Source: Takakia lepidozioides (Eukaryota > Plantae > Bryophyta). From it: 64,000 bases of DNA. The stretch is taken from NCBI GenBank assembly GCA_030704615.1, contig CM060731.1, positions 83,514,001-83,578,000 on the forward strand, given 5' to 3'. The notes under the pieces were generated by a model. That model ran no database searches, had not been told where the DNA came from, and saw only the letters and a program-made list of their open reading frames with translations. Shown here one piece after another: positions 13,245 to 25,005 of this stretch (position 1 is its first letter; each line of letters begins with the position of its first letter). The position numbers were made by a program, and so were the translations under genes.

Positions 13245-15030
13245 CCGTACACCCTTCGGATGGCAGCCCAATTTGCTTGTGCGTTGTCCGCCATGAAACC
13301 ACGGAAATTGGGAGGGGGCAATCCCGCCTTGGCCATCTGTTCGTTTATTCCCTGCCAAAGAAGCATCTCCGATTGTGTGTCCTCTCCTTTCATCTCACAA
13401 ATAGCAATTGTCATTAGCATCCTGCAGTGGGTGTCGTAGACATGTGCACCCATTGTTACCCACTGGTGATTTGTAATTCGCTTGATATGGTCGAACATGA
13501 CCCAACTGTTTGACAAGTTCCCACTCGTCATCCTGTCGACCAGTTCGACGCCGCTGCCAGGTCCACACGTGGACATTTTGAATACGAAACAACGATCTGC
13601 CTCAGTCCCTTGTCCTGGAAACCTACTTCCATGAATGTAGTCATATCCACATCGTCGCTTCACCTCCAGAATGGAGTGCATATCCGAGCCACGCCCAATT
13701 TTCTGTTTGCATGAGACAATGTGGTTTCGGACATTCGGTGAACATACGTGGGACACCGACTCCAGCAATGCCTCCATTTCCTTCTCGTTGAGAGGAACTC
13801 TATCGGAGCCGTCTTCCGACATAATTCTGGCCAATGCCATCTTATGGGCGGCTTGGAGCTGTATCTGTTTGGGTTTGGCACCCGGTCTCAACTTAACCTC
13901 CTCCTGAACGAGCTGCTCTGCTTCGTGGGCAGCCTCCCGCGAGTTCCCCCTCGCCAATTTGTGACAATGGGAACCAACGTGTATGCAAGCTCGGGTGAGG
14001 TCAGGGAAACGGTGCAACACAGAACTGCTTGGCATTACAGACAGACATGCAGTGTGGTGGTTCTTTGCAATGTGCACACTTATGTGGAGTTCGGAACCTT
14101 CTCCTGAGCTCGAAATGGTTGATGAGCTGTGCCTGTCCAATCGGTCTCGTTCCTGTGACCTCTGGATTTAAAGTGGAAGCAAGTTGGGGAGAAACACCGC
14201 AACGCGCCCACACAAACAACGTAGCGCACCTGCACACCATCGAGCATCTTCATGCTGGTGGTTTTGGTAACGCACCAAGGATGACCGTCATGTTTTCTAT
14301 CCATATCTGTCAACATTCCAGACGCCCTCGAGTAGTCCGCCCGAGGAGGGAACTCAAAGAAGATATTACCGTCGACGTCGGCGGGAAGGCATGTAACCGA
14401 TTTAATTGCAAACTTGCTGTAGTCCAGCCCGGCCAGCTCCGACCGGTGTCCCTCCAGGTGAAGCCCTCGCAGAATTTCAAGAATAGATCGAACTGCGGTG
14501 CTCGTGCTGGGAATATGACTCCCTCCTCCACTGACGTCCATTGAGGACTTGCCTGATCTCCAGGACGACCTCGGAACTTCCATGACCTCGTCTGAGTCGG
14601 ACAGGTTGTGAACAACCCGGTTCTCGCTCGTCTTCATGGATGGGTTCGGCTCTGGATTTACTTCGTTGCGGACTTCTCTCTTTGAGGTAGCCACTCTCTG
14701 ATTCGCGGATTGTTTCGTGGAAGGCGCCAGGATAGAAGGTGCATTTGGCGGACAAATGAAGTCCCCAACAGCCCTATATATGACGTTGTCCGATGGTGGA
14801 ACTCGCCATTCCCTGCCATCGCCGAAATCATCGTGGAGCACAACAATACTCTCGACAACAAGGCCGTTTGAGTCCTTCCTTTCCTCCTCCAAAAAAACCG
14901 ACCCCGGTTTCAGGTGGTATCGAACGCACAGATATTTCTCCATCACCCGGCAGATGTCCCCTCTGCACGGAAATGAAGCTCTATGCTCGTGAGGAGGGCA
15001 GTACACTGTAGCGCTCGGGTTCTCCGCCAT
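13245..15030 (-). pseudogene. Mutator-like transposase, family 1 (GCM-like Zn domain plus N-terminal half of MULE DDE), frameshifted and 3'-truncated
   Basis: MDRKHDGHPWCVTKT...CVGALRCFSPTC; RACIHVGSHCH; WVMFDHIKR; FRGFMADNAQANWAAIRRVYG, then a jump into repeat sequence. Homologous to 57355-60935. Confidence 0.85.
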
Positions 15031-15289
15031 GGGAGATGTGCACACAAGACTGCCAGGATGGCGTGCGGGGAAGCTCCCTGGTAGAAGGGGGATGCAGCGA
15101 TGGGAATGAATGCGGTGCCGATTTGTCCAAGCGACGAAGCCTGATCCAAATCCAGGGAGCCAACTATCTCAAAAATCCAGAGTCAGAGTGTTAATGAACC
15201 TTGTCTCCGGAATGCGGCCCCTGGTCTTTGCGCAATAACTGCCAACAGTATGCAGTCAGAAAGTGGGGGGCCGTCCGGATGATGACGGC

Positions 15290-18001
15290 TGAAGGGGAGA
15301 AGCCGGCACCGTGTCGTCACATTACTACCCCCGAATGGAAATTCGGCACCCAATATCCAACAGGGGAAGCCCGGATGAAGTTGCCTCGGGCGCAGAGGCC
15401 GGCGCGTGTGCGACAGAGAACATCCCCTGGATGGAGATTCGGCGCCGAATTTCCATCCGGGCCCCCCAAAGGAAGTCGTGTCGGGGGGTCAGGCCGAAAA
15501 CTGGCCGGCATAAAAACATCCCAAGATGGAAAAAACGGCGCCGAATTTCCATCCGGGGCGGTTCGGATGCACTCGGGGAGGGGGGAGAGGCCGGCACTTG
15601 GCCGTCACATTTCAACCCCCGGACGGAAATTCGGCACCGAATATCGAACAGGGGATTGGCGCGTGTGCACCCAATATCCAACAGGGGAAGCCCGGATGAA
15701 GTTGCCTCGGGCGCAGAGGCCGGCGCGTGTGCGACAGAGAACATCCCCTGGATGGAGATTCGGCGCCGAATTTCCATCCGGGCCCTCCCAAAGGAAGTCG
15801 TGTCGGGGGGTCACACCGAAAACTGGCCGACATAAAAACCTCCCCAGATGGGAAAACGGCGCTGAATTTCAATCCGGGGCCGTTCCAATGCAGTCGGGGA
15901 GGGGGGAGAGGTCGGCACCTGGCCGTCATATTTCAACCCCCGGACGGAAATTCGGCACCGAATATCCAACAGAGCGGCGGAGAGGCCGGCACCTCTCCGA
16001 CAGAGACCATCCCCCGGATGGAAATTCGGCGCCGAATTTCCATCCAGCAGGTAAATGCAATCCCGGATGGATGGAAATCCGGCGCCGCATTTCCATCCTG
16101 CAGGTAAGTGGAATCCCGGATGGATGGAAATCCGGCGCCGAATTTCCATCCTGCAGGTAATTCGAATCCCCGATGGATGGAAATGCCGCGCCGAATTTCC
16201 ATCCAGCAGGTAAGTGGAATCCCGGATGGATGGAAATCTGGCGCCGAATTTCCATCCTGCAGGTAATTCGAATCCCGGATGGATGGAAATTCGGCACCGA
16301 ATTTCCATCCAGCAGGTAGGTGGAATCCCGGATGGATGGAAATCCGGCGCCGAATTTCCATCCAGCAGGTAAGTCGGATCGCTGGCGTATGGATATTCGG
16401 CGCCGAATTTCCATTCACCAGGTATTTCATCGCTCAGAATTACCTTCCTGCAGGTAATTCTGATCGATGAAGCTAGGAAGGTAATTCCTCGCTCAGAATT
16501 ACCTGCAGGAAGGTAATTCTGAGCGATGAAATACGTGGTGAATGGAAATTCGGCGCCGAATATCCATACGCCAGCGATCCGACTTACCTGCTGGATGGAA
16601 ATTCGGCGCCGGATTTCCATCCATCGGGGATTCGAATTACCTGCAGGATGGAAATGCGGCGCCGGATTTCCATCCATCCGGGATTCCACTTACCTGCTGG
16701 ATGGAAATTCGGCGCCGGATTTCCATCCATCCGCTTCGAAATTACCTGCGTGAGGGAAATTTCGCGCGCCGCCCTACCTGCGCGGATGGAAATCTGGCGC
16801 CGGATTTCCATCCATCCGCGCTCCGAATTACCTGCATGATGGAAATTTTGCGCGCCGAAGTACCTGGCGGATGGAAATCCGGCGCCGGATTTCTATCCAT
16901 CCGCTTTTCGAATTACCTGCATGACGGAAATTTTGCGCGCCGACTTACTTGGCGGATGGAAATCCGGCGCCGGATTTCCATCCATCCGCTCTTCGAATTA
17001 CCTGCATGACTGGAAAAATGGCGCCGAATTTCCGATTTTGGTGCCAGTCAAATCTGGGACTTAGCTGTTTTCGGCCCAGAACAAGAAAAATGGCGTTTTT
17101 TTGTTTTTTTTTTTCGGCGCCATTTTTCTAGTTTGGGGCCGAAAATGGCCAAGTCCCAGATCTGATTGGCACCAAAATCGGAAATTCGGCGCCATTTTTC
17201 CAGTCATGCAGGTAATTCGAAGAGCGGATGGATGGAAATCCGGCGCCGGATTTCCATCCGCCAGGTAGGTCGGCGCGCAAAATTTCCATCATGCAGGTAA
17301 TTCGGAGCGCGGATGGATGGAAATCCGGCGCCAGATTTCCATCCATCCGCTATTCGAATTACCTCCATGACTGGAAAAAAGGCGCCGAATTTCCGATTTT
17401 GGTGCCAGTCAGATCTAGGACTTAGCCGTTTTCGGCCTCGAACTAGAAAAATGGCGTTTTTTTTTTTTTTTTTTTTCTGTTTAATTTTTTTTTCAGCGCC
17501 ATTTTTCCAGTTCCTGGCCGAAAACGGCTAAGTCCCAGATCTGACTGGGCCCAGAACTGGAAAAATGGCGCCGAATTTCCGATTTTGGGTGCTAGTCAGA
17601 TCTGGGACTAAGCCGTTTTCGGCCTCAAACTAGAAAAATGGCGTTTTCTTTTTTGTTTTTTTTTTTTGGCGCCATTTTTCCAGTTCGGGCCCGAAAATGG
17701 CCAAGTCCTAGATCTGACTGGCACCAAAATCGGAAATTCGGCGCCATTTTTCCAGTCATGCAGGTAATTCGAAGAGCGGATGGATGGAAATCCGGCGCCA
17801 GATTTCCATCCGCCAGGTAGGTCGGCGCGCAAAATTTCCATCATGCAGGTAATTCGGAGCGCGGATGGATGGAAATCCGGCGCCGGATTTCCATCCATCC
17901 GCTCTTCGAATTACCTGCATGACTGGAAAAATGGCGCCGAATTTCCGATTTTGGTGCCAGTCAGATCTGGGACTTGGCCATTTTCGGCCCCGAACTATAA
18001 A

Positions 18002-18033
<32 letters not shown>

Positions 18034-19495
18034 ACGCCATTTTTCCAGTTCGAGGCCGAAAACGGCTAAGTCCCAGATCTGACTAGCACCCAAAATCGGA
18101 AATTCGGCGCCATTTTTCCAGTCATGCAGGTAATTCGAAGAGCGGATGGATGGAAATCTGGCGCCGGATTTCCATCCATCCGCGCTCCGAATTACCTGCA
18201 TGATGGAAATTTTGCGAGCCGACCTACCTGGCGGATGGAAATCCGGCGCCGGATTTCCATCCATCCGCTCTTCGAATTACCTGCATGACTGGAAAAATGG
18301 CGCCGAATTTCCGATTTTGGTGCCAGTCAGATCTGGGACTTGGCCATTTTCGGCCCAGAACTGGAAAAATGGCGCCGAAAAAAAAAAAAAAAAAAAAAAC
18401 GCCATTTTTCCAGTTCGAGGCCGAAAACGGCTAAGTCCCAGATCTGACTAGCACCCAAAATCGGAAATTCGGCGCCATTTTTCCAGTCATGGAGGTAATT
18501 CGAAGAGCGGATGGATGGAAATCCGGCGCCGGATTTCCATCCATCCGCGCTCCGAATTACCTGCATGATGGAAATTTTGCGCGTCAACTTACCTGGCGGA
18601 TGGAAATCCGGCGCCGGATTTCCATCCATCCGCTCTTCGAATTACCTGCGTGACTGGAAAAATGGCGCCGAATTTCCGATTTTGGTGCCAGTCAGATCTG
18701 GGACTTAGCCAATTTCGGCCCCGAACTGGAAAAATGGCGCCGAAAAAAAAAAAAAAAAACACCATTTTCCCAATTCGGGGCCGAAAACGGCTAAGTCCCA
18801 GATCTGACTGGCACCAAAATCGGAAATTCGGCGCCATTTTTCCAGTCATGCAGGTAATTCGAAGAGCGGATGGATGGAAATCCGGCGCCGGATTTCCATC
18901 CATCTGTGCTCCGAATTACCTGCATGATGGAAATTTTGCGCGCCGACCTACCTGGCGGATGGAAATCCGGCGCCGGATTTCCATCCATCCGCTCTTCGAA
19001 TTACCTGCATGACTGGAAAAATGGCGCCGAATTTCCGATTTTGGTGCCAGTCAGATCTAGGACTTGGCCATTTTCGGCCCCAAACTGGAAAAATGGCGCC
19101 GAAAAAAAATAAAAAAAATAAAATACTCCATTTTTCCAGTTTGTGGATGAAAACGGCTAAGTCCCAGATCTGACTAGCACCCAAAATCAGAAATTCGGCG
19201 CCATTTTTCCAATTCTGGGCCCAGTCAGATCTGGGACTTAGCGATTTTCGGCCCCGAACTAGAAAAATGGCGCCGAAAAAACAAAAAAAAACCGTCATTT
19301 TTTTCCAGTTTGGGGCCCATTCAGATCTGGGACTTAGCCATTTTCGGGGCCGAAAATGGCTAAGTCCCTAAGGTGGCTGGCACCAAAATCGGAAATTCGG
19401 CGCCATTTTTCCAGTCATGCAGGTAATTCGAAGAGCGGATGGATGGAAATCCGGCGCCGGATTTCCATCCGCCAGGTAGGTCGGCGCGCAAAATT
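15290..19495. repeat. Complex tandem/inverted array of the 30-bp palindrome GGATGGAAATTCGGCGCCGAATTTCCATCC and variants
   Basis: Dozens of copies; about 59-bp periodicity at 16010-16400; mirror axis near 16480; longer higher-order units with poly-A/T spacers at 17000-19400. Confidence 0.95.
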
Positions 19496-19879
19496 TGGGG
19501 GAGAAGATGGGGGAGAAGATGCAGAAGATTCCCAGGAGGTGAGGTGGACAGTCCCCCAAGAGGACGGGATTTTTGAGAGGCATAGTGGAACTGATGCATC
19601 ACAAAGCTCGGAGGATGAGGGGGATGAGGAAGAAGGTGGGGCAAGTTCCTCGGAGGGTGTAGGAGAGTAGTGCCCATTCCGGCTATGACAGTTAGAACAC
19701 ACTTGTATAGACGTGGCTTGCCACAAAATTTGCAATTTCAAGTCCACTGGTGCCACATTCCAACTTCACATGACCCTATTTCCGTGCCTCCTAACCCTAT
19801 TTCCGTGGACTCACAATGGTCTGCTCATGCTTTTTTTTTTTCCGTTCATGCTCATGCCGCTCATGAAATAGCAGCCCCC

Positions 19880-20583
19880 CGGATTGTGGGAGTTCGAGGT
19901 GAAGCCGCGGAGAGGGCAGTAGAGACGGGGAGAGTGGTTGAGGTGCATCCGCCGGTGGTTGACCATGTTGAGGAGGACGACAGGGAGCTTTCTGACCAGG
20001 ATGACATCCGCCCAGAAATCCCCAGGCCCCAAACCCGCAGCATACAGGCTGGATTTGGCGGTCCTGGTGGCCTGCCGGAGAACCCCTCTGCAGCAGACGT
20101 CATGTCGGAGGTGGATATGAAGTTGGCCGCTGCCAAGATGTTGGAGGCAACCCACAGCAACATTGGCAGGGTGCTGGGGGGCATGGTGTACCCGGCCAAG
20201 CTTCGAATTCCCCTTTGCCGCTTGGTGTCATTGCAGGTGGTGAGACCTGCCCTCCCAGGCGATATCGACAAGCTGAAATTCTCTTTCCGGGATGGATATC
20301 GAATGGGGTCTGCCGCGTTTTACGTTTCCATTGAGAATGACCACGGAGCTTCCTGTGCCTACACTTCCGATGAGGTGGACAAATGGGGTCCCCATTGGCA
20401 AAGGCGAAATGAGGAGTTCGAGAGATCGATTGCTACTGATTCTCTTTTCCAGCACTTGTCCGGAAAGATGTTTTACGTGTGGGACGGCAATCATCGCCTC
20501 CTGGCATGGATGGAGTACATAGGCGAAGCCCACTCCAACAACCTGGATTGGAATTTTGCCGTGGAGTGTGTTGTGCTGAAGGT
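19880..20583 (+). pseudogene. ParB/Srx-like domain exon of the companion gene (inverted relative to the rest of gene A)
   Basis: RIPLCRLVSLQVVRPALPGDIDKLKFSF...FYVWDGNHRLLAWMEY...AVECVVLK. The DGxHR motif and the upstream IP...R...L..SF pattern are typical of ParB N-terminal/sulfiredoxin folds. Confidence 0.75.
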
Positions 20584-20589
20584 TGCTTT

Positions 20590-22140
20590 CCCCTCCTCCA
20601 GTCTCTACCGTATGGGTGACTGCGTGGGCTGCTCCCACCCGCGATGGTGTCACCGGTAAGGATGCAGCCGGTGCGCTACTGCCTTTTTCTGGTGTCTTGG
20701 AGGGATCCAACTTCTCTGTGCGACCCTCGCTTATGAGAGGTGTCATGTCGTCACCCCTGGCCTCATCAGTGGCCTTTTCTCTTGCCTCCTGGCTAGCCTT
20801 GTCTCGCCTGTTCTTTTGCCCTCTCTTTTGCCCTCTCACGGGCCTTCTCTTTCTTACTAGGGGTAGCAGCAGGGGAGGCCTTCAGATCAACCACCTTTGA
20901 TTGAGGCAATCGGACACCCTCGGACGACCTAGTCCCTCCCCCCTCCGCAGCCTGTGAATGCTCTCTCACCGGGGATTGCATCTGCTTGGCTTTCTTCTTT
21001 TTCTTTGCATGGGCGGGCCCTACTGCATGTGCATGAGCTTCCTCCAATAACGGATCTGGTGTCCTCATCCGACGGGCTTCACCTGCCATGCCGCCTGCAC
21101 CAACCTCCGGAATACCAACTAAAGAAGCAATATTATGTTTGCCTTCCCGCCCCAAGTTGGCTGATCCAAACATGCGAAGCACTACCTTCGACGACTGCTG
21201 CCCACTAGCTGCTTTTGGAGTGACTGCTCGAGCAGTTGGAGCTGTCGATGATACCACCAGTGTGTCACGCTCGTCTTCACTCTGTCATCCCCAACAATCG
21301 TCAGAACCACCATGGCAACCTAAACCACCATCGCAACAATCGTGGACCAACAATGAAAACAAACCCAATGAATGCCTAACAATCACATGCCGAAGCAGCC
21401 TAACAATCACACGCATTGCAAACTATCAATGGTTCACTCAACCAGTAACTTGCAGAAATAAACATGGAAATGTAAGGACGATTTCACAAAAGGGGAAAAC
21501 AGGCTTTTCAAGGCACTTGATATGCCTAGACAATCTTCTCAGCCCAGCATGGATTTCCTTCATTCTGAGATGCAACCTGTCATGTACTGCGAAGGTGTGC
21601 ATCCTGTTGCAAATCTCAATGCAGCAATGACCTAGCTCCTTTCTAACCCCTCTCCCCTTCATCATTCTTCTCACCAACTTGATGCAATCATGAACGTCCT
21701 CTTCCACTTCCACTTCCAAGGATGCCAGGCTGAAGATGCCAAAACAAAAAAACAAAGCGGAGAAGACCGCACATGTTAAAGAAATGGAAAGAGGAAGGGG
21801 CTTGCCTGAGAGTGCTCGGCTTCAGTTGGCGCGGGCTGCGAGCAAGACAAGGGGATCTCCTGCTGGAGCTTCAGTTTGGCCATGCGAGACGCTGGACGCC
21901 GCCCGTAGTACAAAGGCTTCAGTTTGCGGCGCGGTCTGCATGTGGGGTTTCTCTCAGGAGAGCCACGCCCTTCTCCACGCGGCATAAGTCCCTGCAAAAA
22001 AAAAAATCGCACGGAAAATGCGTGCGTATTGGCATCGAGTGGAACTTCATCCACCCGCCACATCAGGGTTTGGGGTATCCGACGGCGGTAGCACGGAATC
22101 AGTGCGGACAGTCCGGTTGAAAACTGACGGCGGACATTAA
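20590..22140 (-). pseudogene. Probable 5' exons of companion gene A (low-complexity, basic N-terminal region)
   Basis: Minus-strand ORF pieces 21776-22063, 21438-21755, 20793-21257 and 20590-20839 with GT-AG-like junctions, starting right beside the array. RPRRKLKPLYYGRRPASRMAKLKLQQE resembles RRRKRRKSLYFTSSRNRNRAKYRMRME at 61800-61880. Confidence 0.5.
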
Positions 22141-22229
22141 ATGCGCAACTGCGCTGTTAAATGGAGGAGTATGGAGGTCGGCCGTAGGCCCCAAGTCGCC
22201 CACCCTCCCACATAGAAATTATTAGCCCA

Positions 22230-24590
22230 CTGGATGGAAAAACGGCGCCAAATTTCCATCCAGCGGATCAAGTAGGATGCAACGTGGCCATCTCTCCGGC
22301 CGAGACGTTGTGGACGGATGGAAATTCGGCACCGTATTTCCATCCGATGACGCCGGCAGGAGGTCGTGTCGGGGGGAGAGGTCGACACCTGGCTGACAGA
22401 AAACATCCCCGGATGGAAATTCGGCGCCGAATTTCCATCCGAGGCCGCCGTCACTAGGCGTGTCGGGGGGAGAGGCCGACACCTGGCCGACAGAGTACAT
22501 CCATCGGATGGAAATTCGGCGCAGGCGGACATGTCGCCGGCAGAGATCAGCCACCGGATGGAAATTCGGCGCCGAATTTCCATGCGGTGCCGCCCGGATG
22601 AAGTCGGCTGAAGGGGAGAAGCCGGCACCCGGCGGACAGAGACCATCCCCCGGATGGAAATTCGGCGCCGAATTTCCATCCGGGGCCCCCCGCAGGCGGA
22701 CACGTCGCCGACAGAGATCAGCCACCGGATGGAAATTCGGCGCCAAATTTCCATGCGGTGCCGCCCGGATGAAGTCGGCTGAAGGGGAAAAGCCGGCACC
22801 GGGCGGACGGAGACCATCCCCCGGATGGAAATTCGGCGTCGAATTTCCATCCGTGGCCCCCCGCAGGCGGACACGTCGCAGACAAAGATCAGCCACCGAA
22901 TGGAAATTCGGCGTCGAATTTCAATGCGGTGCCGCCCGGATGAAGTCGGCTGAAGGGGAGAAGCCGGCACCGGGCGGACGGAGACCATCCCCCGGATGGA
23001 AATTCAGCGCCGACTTTCCATCCGTGGCCCCCCGCAGGCGGACACGTCGCCGACAGAGATCAGCCACCGGATGGAAATTCGGCGCCGAATTTCCATGCGG
23101 TGCCGCCCGGATGAAGTCGGCTGAAGGGGAGAAGCCAGCACCGGGCAGACGGAGACCATCCCCCAGATGGAAATTCGGCGCCGAATTTCCATCCGGGGCC
23201 CCCCGCAGGCGGACACGTCGCCGACAGAGATCAGCCACCGGATGGAAATTCGGCGCCGAATTTCCATGCGGTGCCGCCCGGATGAGGTCGGCTGAAGGGG
23301 AGAAACCGGCACCGGGCGGACGGAGACCATCCCCCGGATGGAAATTCGGCGCCGAATTTCCATCCGTGGCCCCCCGCAGGCGGACACGTCGCCGATAGAG
23401 ATAAGCCACCGGATGGAAATTCGGCGCCGAATTTCCATCCGACGCCGGCCGGATGTTTGCGTTTGGGGCCCGTTCAGGAACAATTTTCTGTCCTTGCATG
23501 CAGTTTTACGCGTTTTTGGGTCTAATCAGACACAAAACCTTTAGTTTTGTGGCTGAACTCCACTTTTAGCCACGTTTTTCAAGAAATTCTTGTCTGCTAC
23601 AGATAAATTCCTTGCCGCTTTTCCATCCCGCTTACTTCCTACATGGAAATTCGTTGCCGAATTTCCATCCGGCCGCGTTCCCGATTACATGCCGAATGGA
23701 AATTCGGCGCCGGTTTTCCATCCTGCAGGGCATCAGTTTACTTGCAAGGTTGGAATTCGGGCCGGTTTTGCATCGGGCTGCGATATTGCTTACCTGCAGG
23801 ATGGATGTTCTCTGGATGGATGTTCTCCATTCGGTGGATGTTCTCTGTCGGCCCGCTGCCGGCCTCTTCCCCCGAGCAGACTTCATCCGACCGGCCCCGG
23901 ATGGAAATTTGGCGCCGAATTTCCATCCGGGGATGTTTTCTGTCGGCCAGGTGTCGGCCTCACGAGTTCCTTTGGGGGGGCCCGGATGGAAATTCGGCGC
24001 CGAATTTCCATCCGGGGGATGTTCTCTAACGGCCAGATGACGGCCTCTCCCCCCGAGCCGACTGCATCTGACCGGCCCCGGATGGAAAATCGGCGGAGTT
24101 TTTCCATCAGAATTTCCATCCGCCAGGTAAGTCGGAGCGTGGGCGGATAGAAATCCGGCGCCAAATTTCCATCCTGCAGGTAATTCGGAGAGCGGACGGA
24201 TGGAAATCCAGAGCCGAATTTGCATCCTGCAGGTAAGTCGGAGCGCGGGCGGATGGAAATCCGGCGCCGAATTTCCATCCTGCAGGTAATTCGGAGCGCG
24301 GACGGATGGAAATCCGGTGCCGAATTTCCATCCGCCAGGTAAGTCGGAGCGCGGGCGGATGGAAATTCGGCGCCGAATTTGCATCCTGCAGGTAAGTCGG
24401 AGTGCGGACGGATGGAAATCCGGTGCCGAATTTCCATCCGGGGGATGTTCTCTGTCGAGCAGGTGTCGGCCTCCGATGGAAATTCGGCGCCGTTTTTCCA
24501 TCCGGGGGATGTTCTCTGTCGGCCATGTGACCGACTCACCCTGGAGACGAAATCGTCCGACCGGCCTCGGATGCAAATTCAGCGCCGCTG
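22230..24590. repeat. Palindrome array between the divergent companion and transposase genes, including 171-bp (22540-23440) and about 58-bp (24110-24440) units
   Basis: CAGAGATCAGCCACCGGATGG recurs at 22541, 22712 and onward with period 171; each unit holds two GGAAATTCGGCGCCGAATTTCC palindromes. Confidence 0.95.
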
Positions 24591-25005
24591 TTGTATGTTT
24601 ACTTTTGGCGGCAATGTTCTGGCACTCAATCTTGTAATCAGACCCACTGGAATGCCACCTCTGTCAGTTCCCTCTGTCCATGGGGAAGGTGCTTGCACGC
24701 TCGCGCCCCCACGCTTCTTGTCAGACGCCGTAATGATTGGTTTGCGTAGCGCATCTGCACAGGTCATATACCTTCTGACTGCATACCGTTGGCAGTTATT
24801 GCGCAAAGGCCAGGAGCCGCATTCCGCAGACAAGGTTCATTAACTCTCTGACAGTGGAATTTCGGGAGAGTGGGCTCCCCAGATTCGTGAATAGGCTTCG
24901 TCGCTTGCAAAAATCGGCCCTGCATTCCTTCCCCTCGCTGCATCCCCCCTTCTCCCAGGGTGCTTGTCCGAACGCCGTCCTGGCAGTCTTGTGTGCACAA
25001 CTCCC

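Larger units (their letters stand above)
12811..19879. mobile_element. Internally deleted (non-autonomous) family-1 element with both termini
   Basis: Left end GAGGTTTGCTATTTCATGAGC, right end GCTCATGAAATAGCAGCCCCC. Contains a truncated transposase, a 4.2-kb palindrome array and the last ~170 bp of companion-gene coding sequence (19495-19879 is an inverted copy of 8170-8556). No target-site duplication seen. Confidence 0.78.

Noticed and set aside
15201-19470. Many overlapping ORFs with MEIRRRISI / DGNSAPNFHP / GWKFGAEFPS repeats (also 10870-11500 and 22137-24580)
   Set aside because: They are translations of the palindromic DNA repeat in all frames and on both strands; there is no evidence of real coding.
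8170-19879. A single element with about 390-bp terminal inverted repeats (8170-8556 / 19495-19879)
   Set aside because: Better explained as two copies of the same M-end in opposite orientation: the repeat includes companion-gene coding sequence, and 19879 pairs with the T-end at 12811.
15290-24590. CRISPR-like appearance (about 30-bp palindromic repeat with about 30-bp spacers)
   Set aside because: The spacers are themselves repeated and related, orientation flips, there are no cas genes, and the context is eukaryotic with introns.
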